Shown here: positions 48,573 through 59,000 of the stretch, one piece after another
Position numbering within the stretch: the first letter of the stretch is position 1
How the letters are laid out: each line of letters begins with the position of its first letter
Assembly (NCBI GenBank): GCA_002423485.1
Contig: DIWH01000066.1
Location: 70,193 to 134,192, forward strand
Reading direction: 5' to 3'
DNA: 64,000 nt
Source: Candidatus Xenobium occultum
GTDB taxonomy: Bacteria > Vulcanimicrobiota > Xenobia > Xenobiales > Xenobiaceae
The notes under the pieces: generated by a model
Told to the model about the DNA's origin: nothing
Databases searched by the model: none
What the model saw: only the letters and a program-made list of their open reading frames with translations
Program-made: the position numbers and the translations under genes

Positions 48573-50902
48573 AACGAGGCCGGCCGGGGAATCGGGGCGG
48601 CAGTCTCGCCGGGAAGGCGACGGGCCTCCTGCTCCGCTTCGATCTCGTGCATGGTCAGCAGTGACAGGAGCCAGGCCAGGGTGGACTCCGCCCCCTGGTT
48701 CAGGTTGACCCCTTCGGCGTGCAGGCCGTCCCGGCATCCGCCCGTGACCAGATCCGCCACAGGGACCTGCAGGTCGTTGTGCCCGAGGAACCACGCGAAA
48801 CAGGTCTGGGCCCGGTCCCTCCACTTCCGATGCCCCGTCGTCCGATGCGCCTCGCAGCAGGCCTCCAGCGAAGCCTGGGCCTCCAGGGGCTGCTGGTGGA
48901 ATCGCGCCTGGGCCCGGTCGCGATGGTACCAGCCGCGATTCCCGACCGGCACGAAGTGCCCGGCGGGCGAGGTCTGCACCCGCATCAGCCATTCCAGCAT
49001 GCGCAGTCCAGCCGCACCCATTTCCTGGTTCCCGGTCTCGCGCCCCGCCTGCAGGAGCGCCTGGGGCAGGCGGGCGTTGTCGTAGGTCAGGCCCTCTTCC
49101 GGCCAGGGCCACTCCACGGTTGAAAACCTCTGGAAGCCGTCCAGAAGGCGCCCGGCGATCTCCTCGCGCCGGGTTCTCACGCCTCGATCCCCGGGAAACC
49201 GCTTGAGGTAGGCACTCAGACCCAGGCAGGCAAGAGCCATGGCTCGGGGGGAGCCAAGCCCCGCCACCACTGGCAGGGCTTCCCGGAACAACTGTGCGCC
49301 GAAGCGGAACAGCCAATCGGGCCCCTGTCCCACTGTGACCCCAAGGGCCCAGACGGCGCGCCCCTGGCAGTCTTCCGAACCGATCTCTTCATTCCAGCGG
49401 CGGTCGTAGCCCATGAAGTTGCGGAAACGCCTGCCGTCCGGGTCCCATGCGTGTTCCAGGAAGCTGGCATAGCGGGTGGTCGCCAGGCGCAGGCCGGAGC
49501 GAGACTCGGCCGGCGCGCGCACCGCCACCAGCAGCGCGCGCGCGTTGTCGTCCGTGCAGTACCCCTCGGCCCGTCGGGGAATGCTGAACCGGGCGTGTTG
49601 CAGGACGCCGACGTCGTCGGTGAGCTCCAGCAGGTGGTCGAGCACGAGCCGAGGCGCAGGGGCGGTCCTGGCCAGTACCGGGGGCGGATCGCCTCCATCC
49701 ACTCCGGATGAGGGCAGGCGTTTGCGGATCATGGGTCGCAGGGTCCGCTCGGCCTTGACCTCTTCGAAAAGCTCCTGATAGCGGAGTGCGACCTGGGACC
49801 ACACCATGCTCCGGGTGTGGACGTAGGCTCGTTTGCGCAGGGCGTGCAGTTCGTTGCGGTCCCGCAGCAGTGCCAGGACGTTGGCGGCCAGCGCCTGGGG
49901 GTCCTGGAACGGGGTCAACACGCCGCGGTCGTCGGCCAGCAGGTCCTGGGCGCACCAGTAGGGAGTCGACACGACGGCGTTCCCGCTGCCCAGCGCGTAG
50001 GCCAGGGTGCCCGAGGCGATCTGGGCCTGCCCCAGGTAGGGTGTCACGTAGATCTCCGCCGCCCCCAGGAAGTCACAGAGCTCGGCCAGGGGCACGAAGC
50101 GGTTGTGGAATCGGACGTTTCCCGCGATTCCAAGCTCGTCGGCCAGCGCCTGCAGGTCCGTGCGGTAGGCTTCGCCGTCGCGGGCCAGGACGTGGGGGTG
50201 GGTGGCGCCGAGGACGAGATAGACCACGTCGGGAAACTCCCGCGTGATTTCCGGGAGGGCCCGGATCATGGTCTCGATGCCCTTGGCGGGGGAGAGCAGG
50301 CCGAAGGTCAGGATGACGGTGCGCCCTTCCACGCCCAGTTGTTCCTTGAAGTAGTTGGGATCCAGGAACGGGACGTCCGGAATTCCGTGCGGAATCAGGG
50401 CAATCCGTTCGCGTGGAACGTCGTAGACCTCTCGGAGCAGTTGGATCGCCTGCTCGGTCATCACCACCAACCGGTCGGATCGGTGCGCCACCTCGTCCAT
50501 GACGGTCCGCTGGTCCGGGTCGGGCTCGCGCAGGATGGTGTGCAGCGTGGTGACCAGGGGCAGGTCCACGCGCCGGAGCAGTTCCAGCACGTTCTTGCCC
50601 GCAGTTCCTCCGTAGATCCCATATTCGTGCTGCATGCAGAGCACGTCGGCCGGCCCCTGGCCCAGGAACTCCGCCGCCTGCAGGTACTCATCCAGCCGGT
50701 CCTGGTGGATCTCGAACTGGACCTGAGCCGGGTAGTCGTAACCCTCAGGCCGGTCGTTCATGGCCATGGCAAAGGTTTCCAGGCCGGGTGAGGTCTTGGC
50801 CAGGGCCTCCGTCAGATCGGAGGTGAAGGTGGCGAGGCCGCACAGTCGCGGGAGGTAATTCCCGAGAACGGCGACCGTCCGGACAAGCGGGGTCGCAGGC
50901 AT
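48569..50902 (-). CDS. Bifunctional-looking protein: N-terminal GT4 glycosyltransferase fused to a C-terminal six-hairpin (alpha/alpha)6 glycosidase-like domain (GH63/amylo-alpha-1,6-glucosidase-like)
   Basis: GT4 part VAVLGNYLPRLCGLATFT...LGQAQIASGTLAYALGSGNAVVSTP. The C-terminal 400 aa are W/Y/D-rich with DDNARALLV...LTYDNARLPQALL resembling GDE_C/GH63 barrels. Start MPATPLV at 50902. Confidence 0.6.
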   Translation of the reverse strand: MPATPLVRTVAVLGNYLPRLCGLATFTSDLTEALAKTSPGLETFAMAMNDRPEGYDYPAQVQFEIHQDRLDEYLQAAEFLGQGPADVLCMQHEYGIYGGTAGKNVLELLRRVDLPLVTTLHTILREPDPDQRTVMDEVAHRSDRLVVMTEQAIQLLREVYDVPRERIALIPHGIPDVPFLDPNYFKEQLGVEGRTVILTFGLLSPAKGIETMIRALPEITREFPDVVYLVLGATHPHVLARDGEAYRTDLQALADELGIAGNVRFHNRFVPLAELCDFLGAAEIYVTPYLGQAQIASGTLAYALGSGNAVVSTPYWCAQDLLADDRGVLTPFQDPQALAANVLALLRDRNELHALRKRAYVHTRSMVWSQVALRYQELFEEVKAERTLRPMIRKRLPSSGVDGGDPPPVLARTAPAPRLVLDHLLELTDDVGVLQHARFSIPRRAEGYCTDDNARALLVAVRAPAESRSGLRLATTRYASFLEHAWDPDGRRFRNFMGYDRRWNEEIGSEDCQGRAVWALGVTVGQGPDWLFRFGAQLFREALPVVAGLGSPRAMALACLGLSAYLKRFPGDRGVRTRREEIAGRLLDGFQRFSTVEWPWPEEGLTYDNARLPQALLQAGRETGNQEMGAAGLRMLEWLMRVQTSPAGHFVPVGNRGWYHRDRAQARFHQQPLEAQASLEACCEAHRTTGHRKWRDRAQTCFAWFLGHNDLQVPVADLVTGGCRDGLHAEGVNLNQGAESTLAWLLSLLTMHEIEAEQEARRLPGETAAPIPRPASF

Positions 50903-51090
50903 GAGGTTTTCTTCTCTCTGAGGATCACCCTCTGTGGGGGAAACCCGTCTATTATACCCCGAAACGGGAGACCCTACGCCGAAAGATCCACTGATGCGAC
51001 CTTTTGTCCGGGAAGTCGCGTCAAATTCGAACCCACGGTTCGCGGCCGGGGTCCCGATCCCGGGAAGGTGGCCGGGTGCTATCATGGGGT

Positions 51091-51363
51091 ATGAGCTTCA
51101 TGGACTTCTGGTTCAAGGACAAGAGCGGACAGATCGTGGTGGCGCAGACGCCAAACGCGCCTCTGATCCTGGCCCTGGTGGCCGTGCTGCTGCGACTCGT
51201 CACGACGGGCACGGCCCATCGATTCTTCGGCGCCCTGTTCTTTGGCGCCCTCTTCACCTGGGCCTGGCTGGAGATCGTGGACGGAGCCAACCCTCATCGC
51301 CGCGCGATGGGCTCGGTCACTCTGATCGGCCTGCTCTGGTGGGCCGTCTCTGGCGGCCTCTGA
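51091..51363 (+). CDS. Small membrane protein (hypothetical, 90 aa)
   Basis: MSFMDFWFKDKSGQIVVAQTPNAPLILALVAVLLRLVTTG... with two TM segments. Confidence 0.45.
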   Translation: MSFMDFWFKDKSGQIVVAQTPNAPLILALVAVLLRLVTTGTAHRFFGALFFGALFTWAWLEIVDGANPHRRAMGSVTLIGLLWWAVSGGL

Positions 51364-51377
51364 CCTCCAGCAGGGCT

Positions 51378-51412
51378 TGAGGGAGCGCCCGACCCCGGTT
51401 CGGGGCGCGGGT
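51378..51412 (+). terminator. Rho-independent terminator-like hairpin followed by TTTGTT
   Basis: GCGCCCgaCCCCGgttCGGGGcGCGGGtttgtt immediately after the 51363 stop. Confidence 0.5.
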
Positions 51413-51504
51413 TTGTTCGCGTTTCGGGGGCACCCTCGCCTCGTTCAGATCGTCGTCGGCACCCTCTCTTTCTCGGCCGTTCTCTTCGTGCTAAGATAAC
51501 GGGC

Positions 51505-51906
51505 GTGCGCATCGAGGTGAAGGTGGCCCTGCTCGACTCGCAGGGCGAGCGTTTCATGGGGGCTGGGCCCATGTGGCTTCTGGAGGGGATCCGCAAGACG
51601 GGATCCATCCGTCAGGCAGCCCTGGCCCTGGGGATGTCCTACGCCAAAGCCCACCGCCTGTTGGGCCGTCTGGAGCAGGCCCTGGGAGCCCGGCTCCTGG
51701 TCCGTCGTATCGGCGGCGCCGAGCATGGCGGGGCCGGTCTGACGCCTGAAGGACTTGAGTTCCTCGAGCGCTATACCCGGCTTTGCCAGGCACTCCAGGC
51801 TCGGGCCCGGGACGAGGAGGAGGCCTTCGGCGCGTTCTGCAGCGAGCTGGCTGCCCGAAAAATGCCGCTGGCCCAGGGCGCCTCCGAGGGGGACGGCCGG
51901 GCGTGA
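51505..51906 (+). CDS. ModE N-terminal-domain-like winged-helix transcription regulator (stand-alone)
   Basis: ...LLEGIRKTGSIRQAALALGMSYAKAHRLLGRLEQALGARLLVRRIGGAEHGGAGLTPEG matches the ModE/LysR-like HTH_9 domain. No Mop domains. GTG start. Confidence 0.6.
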   Translation: MRIEVKVALLDSQGERFMGAGPMWLLEGIRKTGSIRQAALALGMSYAKAHRLLGRLEQALGARLLVRRIGGAEHGGAGLTPEGLEFLERYTRLCQALQARARDEEEAFGAFCSELAARKMPLAQGASEGDGRA

Positions 51907-52490
51907 GGCTGCTCTTCACGACCCGGGAGATGGCCACCCTGGCCATGCTGGTGGCCTGCAACGCGGCCATGGAGCTGACCCTGGGCAACCTGCTCCACGC
52001 CGTGCGCTCTCCCATGACCGGCTCGTTGCTGGTGGGCTTGAACCTGGTGGTCTACGCCATGGGCTATCTGCGGGTTCCCCGTCCCGGGGCGATCCTGGTG
52101 ATCGGGGTGGGGACGGCCTTCCTGAAGTTCGCCCTGGCGGGGTCCTTCAAGATGCTGGCCCTGCCGGCGATCGTCCTGGAGGCGTCCCTGATCGATCTGG
52201 TGATCTCTCGGGGGGGCCTGAATCGGGTCACGCTGGTGATCTCCGGGATTCTGGCCAGCGTCTTCTCGCTGGGCTGGAGGCTGACGACGGCCTGGATCTT
52301 CGTCGGGATCGAGCCCGCGGTCACCCTGGCGCGCCTGGTCAACGAGGACTTCGCGGCCCGGGCTCCCTTCCTGGGCCTCCTGGGCGTGATGCTGGCCTCC
52401 CGGGCCCTGGCGGGGGTCCTCTTCGGCCTGTTGGCCTGGCGGGTCCTGGCCCTGGTCGAGTCGGCCCTGCACAGTGGGGCGGAGCCCTGA
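51903..52490 (+). CDS. Hypothetical polytopic membrane protein (5-6 TM), coupled to the regulator gene (GTGA)
   Basis: Hydrophobic throughout (LAMLVACNAAMELTLGNLLHAV..., LVVYAMGYL..., ILVIGVGTAFLKFALAGSF...). Possibly an ECF-type S-component-like transporter subunit; this is not verifiable from sequence. Confidence 0.45.
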   Translation: MRLLFTTREMATLAMLVACNAAMELTLGNLLHAVRSPMTGSLLVGLNLVVYAMGYLRVPRPGAILVIGVGTAFLKFALAGSFKMLALPAIVLEASLIDLVISRGGLNRVTLVISGILASVFSLGWRLTTAWIFVGIEPAVTLARLVNEDFAARAPFLGLLGVMLASRALAGVLFGLLAWRVLALVESALHSGAEP

Positions 52491-52491
52491 G

Positions 52492-53094
52492 ATGGACGGG
52501 CTCCAGAGCCTTCCCGAAATCTTGGAACAGCACTCCGCCGGTGACTTCTGGACCTGGGAGGAGCGCTACGCCTCGCCGCGTCGCCGGCCCCGGCGCGGGC
52601 CCTCGGCCTGGCTGGTCGCCCACGCGGATCGTCTGCCGGAAGGTCGGGCCCTGGACGTGGCCACCGGGGAGGGGCGAAACGCTCTGTTCCTGGCCCGGAG
52701 GGGCTTCGAGGTCACGGGGGTGGACCGCTCGCCCACGGCCTTGCGCACGGCCCGGGCCCGGGCCCGGGAGGAGGGGCTGGAGCTCGAACTCCTCCTGGCC
52801 GATCTCGAGGCCTGCGAGTTGCCCGCCGGGCCCTTCCAGGTGGTGGTGGTGATGCGCTATCTGCAGCGCAGCCTCTTCGAACCGCTCGGTCGGGCCCTGG
52901 CCCCGGGCGGGGTCCTGGTCTATGAGAGTTTCACCCGGGACTACCTGAAGTTCGGGCCCCGGAATCCGGAGCATCTGCTGAGGCCCGGCGAACTGCGTGA
53001 GGCCTTCCGCGACCTGGAGATCCTCTCCTATCGCGAGATCGAGGATCCCGGGCGCCGCGAGGCCCGGGCCAGCCTGCTGGCCCGCAAGCCCTGA
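52492..53094 (+). CDS. Class I SAM-dependent methyltransferase (TehB-like)
   Basis: LDVATGEGRNALFLARRGFEVTGVD (motif I) ... VVVVMRYL ... GGVLVY. Confidence 0.75.
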   Translation: MDGLQSLPEILEQHSAGDFWTWEERYASPRRRPRRGPSAWLVAHADRLPEGRALDVATGEGRNALFLARRGFEVTGVDRSPTALRTARARAREEGLELELLLADLEACELPAGPFQVVVVMRYLQRSLFEPLGRALAPGGVLVYESFTRDYLKFGPRNPEHLLRPGELREAFRDLEILSYREIEDPGRREARASLLARKP

Positions 53095-53129
53095 GAGGCC
53101 CTCCCCCCCCTTCAGGGAAAGGGCCTCTC
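53093..53129. terminator. Bidirectional hairpin (9-bp perfect stem, C8 in loop) between convergent MTase and glgP
   Basis: GAGAGGCCC-tcccccccccttcagggaaa-GGGCCTCTC. Confidence 0.5.
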
Positions 53130-53134
53130 AGGGT

Positions 53135-55777
<2,643 letters not shown>

Positions 55778-56052
55778 CAGCCAACACCTCCAGAATTTCC
55801 CCCGAGGAGTCGCGCCCCCCCGGTCCGCCTCCTTTTCCCCCCCCCCCACAGGGGAACCTCCAATCCCAGGCGCAGGCGCCATCGACCTCTCTTGAACTGG
55901 ACTTGCCAGGGGGCAGCGTCCCTCGAGCTCGCCGTCAGCCTGACCCTTCTCGGACACGAGTGCACGCAGGCCCTGAACCTGGGGGTGTGGAACCCTTCCA
56001 GACCCGGGCGGCCGGGGGACCTTCCCTTGCGGGGGCAGTTTGGGAGGAACCG

Positions 56053-59000
56053 ATGCGCATGATCTCCAGCCGTGCTCTGGCTCTGGCGGGGGCCGTCCTG
56101 GCCACCCTCCTCCTGGCGCTTGCCTGTGGGCGGGGTGGGGGAGAGACCCCGGCGATTCCTGCCTTCCTGCTGCCCCAGGGCGCCGTCCGTCCCGTCGAGG
56201 TGGTCTTCGCCTCGCCCCAAGGGCAACTCAATGAACTCCCTGCGGGCGCCGCGGCCACCCTCGTCTTCAATCAGCCCATGGTCCCGCTGGAGGGCCTGGG
56301 CGAGCCGGGAGCGCCTCCACCCATCACGCTCCAGCCGCCGGTTCCCGGACGTTGGGAGTGGAGGGGGACGGCCACCCTGGTCTTCAGGCCGGAAGGTGAA
56401 TTGCCCCTGGCCACCCGCTTCGAGGTGAGCGTTCCCGCCGGCCTGAAGTCCTTCTCGGGGCAGTCCCTGGCGCAGGAGTTCCGGTTCTCCTTCACCACGC
56501 CCCGTCCCGACCTGGCCCGTTCGATTCCGGCCAATGGGGCCGAGTTCGTGCGCCCCGAGGCCACCCTGCTGCTGGCCTTCAACCAGCCCGTCCAGGCCAG
56601 CGCGGCGGCGGAGGCGATCACCCTGCGGGCGCGCCAGGCCGACCTGGCGATTCAGGTCCGCCCTCCCTCTGACCAGGAATGGAAGACCTTCCAGGACCGC
56701 TCCGCCGGCGACGAACCGCCGCCCGAGTCGGCTCGCAGGAACCTGCTGGTGGTGGATCCCGATTCCCCCCTGGCCTTGGGCACCGAGCACACCCTGGAGA
56801 TCCGCGCGGGCCTGAAGGGGGCCTCCGGGGCCGACCTGGGCCTGGAGAAGGCCCGGACCGTCCGTTTTCGCACCCTGAACCGGTTTGCCGTCTCGGGGCT
56901 TTCCACCGAGTCCGCCTGGCGCCCCGACGGGGCCCTGGTCCTGAAGTTCTCCAACCCGGTCTCGCCGAAGCAGCTCGTCGGCAGCCTGCGCTTCGAACCC
57001 GAGGTCCGTCTTCCCGAATGGTATGCCGAGGACGACCACGCTCGCACGGAGATCTACCTGTACCTGCCTTTGAAGGCTCGCACGGCCTACCGGGCCCTCC
57101 TGGCAGCCGACCTGAGGGATGATTTCGGAAACCCGTTGGGGACCGCCTGGAAGAAGGGCTTCACCACGACGGACTTCTCGCCGGCGCTGAACCTGTCGGG
57201 GGGCCAGGGGATCCTGGAGGCCAGAGGTGACCTGCGCCTTCCGGTGGGGCTGAGGAACCTTGATCGCCTGAGGGTCCGGATGGCCCGGATCGCTCCTGAG
57301 GACCTGGTGCCCCTGCTGCAGAACGAGGAGGCCTTCTGGTCCGACCGGCCCTTCACCCCGCCGGGGGGCTACCAGGTGGATGAGGAGTGGACCCCCGTGG
57401 TTCCACGCAACCAGTTGGTGGATCGCCCCTTGGACCTGTCCCGGGCCCTGGGGGGGCGCCGCTCGGGCCTGGTCTATGTCCAGGTCCAGGCCGGTCAAGG
57501 CGAGTCGACCTGGGACCAGAGGGTGCTGGTGCAGGTGACCGACCTCGGGCTGACGGGAAAGTTTTCGGCCGAGGACACCCTGGTCTGGGCCACCAGCCTG
57601 TCTGGGGCCCAGCCGAAGCCAGGCCTTTCCGTCGAGATCCGCGACGCCGAGAACCGGGTCCGCTGGAGCGGTCGCACCGACTCGAAGGGGCTGGCTGCCG
57701 CACCCGGCTGGGCCGCCTTGGGACTGGACAAAGGCGAGAACTGGGGGCTCCCAGACCACTACGTCCTGGTCCGCGACGGGCAGGATCTGGTCTGCCTGAG
57801 CGCCGAGGGTTCGACCGGCATTTCGCCCTGGGACTTCGACCTGGACCACGAGTGGAACCCCGCGGCCCGAATCTACCAGGCTCAAGCCTTCACCGAGAGG
57901 GGCCTGTACCGGGCCGGCGAGCAGGTCCACCTCAAGGGGACGCTGCGACGCTCGAAGGCCGGACGCTGGATCGTCCCCGAAGAGATCCAGACCTTGGACT
58001 ATGAGGTCTACGACTCCCGAGACCAGAAGATCGGCAAGGGCAGCACACCGGTCTCCACCTTCGGATCCTTCGACCAGACCGTGAAGCTGGACCAGGAGGC
58101 CCCCTCGGGCTTCTATCGGGTGGCCTGGAGCCTGCCCCCCAAGATGCGTCAGGCTGCGGGCACCCAGGATGAGCTGCTTCAGACCAGCTTCCGGGTCGAG
58201 GCCTACCGGCCCGCCCAGTTCGAGGTGACGGTGGAGTCCCAGGCTCCGGCCTTCGTGCAGGGAGACTCCGTGCGCGCCATAATCCGCGGGCGCTACCTCT
58301 TCGGCGCCCCCATGTCGGGGGACGACGTGCGCTACTCGGCCCGCTTGGAGCCCGCGACCTTCCAGCCGGAAGGTTGGGATGGTTTCGAATTCGGAACCTT
58401 GCGCCTGTGGGGGGAGGATCAGCGCGACCAGGAGCGGGTCCTCATGCGCGAGGAGGGAACCCTGGACGAGCAGGGTCAGCGCGAGGTCTCGGTCTCGTTG
58501 GAGGGTGTCCCGTTTGAAGGCCCGGCCCGACTGGTCGTGGAGGGAACCGTCACCTCGGCCAGTCGCCAGGCGATCTCCGGACGTACCTCCGCGATGGTCC
58601 ACCCCGCCTCGTTCGCCCTGGGCCTCAAGACGGGTGGAAGCCTGCGCCAGGCCGGCGCCCAGGTGCCTGTGGACCTGGTGGCGGTCGACCCGCAGGGGAA
58701 GGCCGTCGCGGCCCCCCAGGTGCAGGTGCATCTGCTGCGTCGCGAGTGGGACTCGGTTCGCAAGGCCGGAAGCGGCGGGCGCTACGAGTGGATCTCGCAG
58801 GCCCGCGACACCGAGGTCTCCAGCCAGACCGTCCGGGCCGGTGCGAAGCCCGAGCGCCTGAAGTTGACCCCGCCGCGGGCCGGTCTGTACGTCGTCCGGG
58901 CCCTGGCCAGCGACTCCAAGGGTCGCCAGACCGTAGCCGAGGGCATGCTGTACGCCTGGGGCGGGGACTACGTGGCCTGGGCCCGACAGGACGAGGACCG

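Noticed and set aside
47286-49085. 599-aa plus-strand ORF and 47401-48507 minus ORF over the GT4 region
   Set aside because: Alternative frames or antisense of the GT4 genes. Only the frames giving the GT4 motifs (EPFGLSVVEAMATGTPVIA etc.) are credible.
51000-51060. tRNA-like TTCGAACCC element
   Set aside because: The flanking sequence cannot form an acceptor/T-arm stem on either strand. No other tRNA hallmarks.
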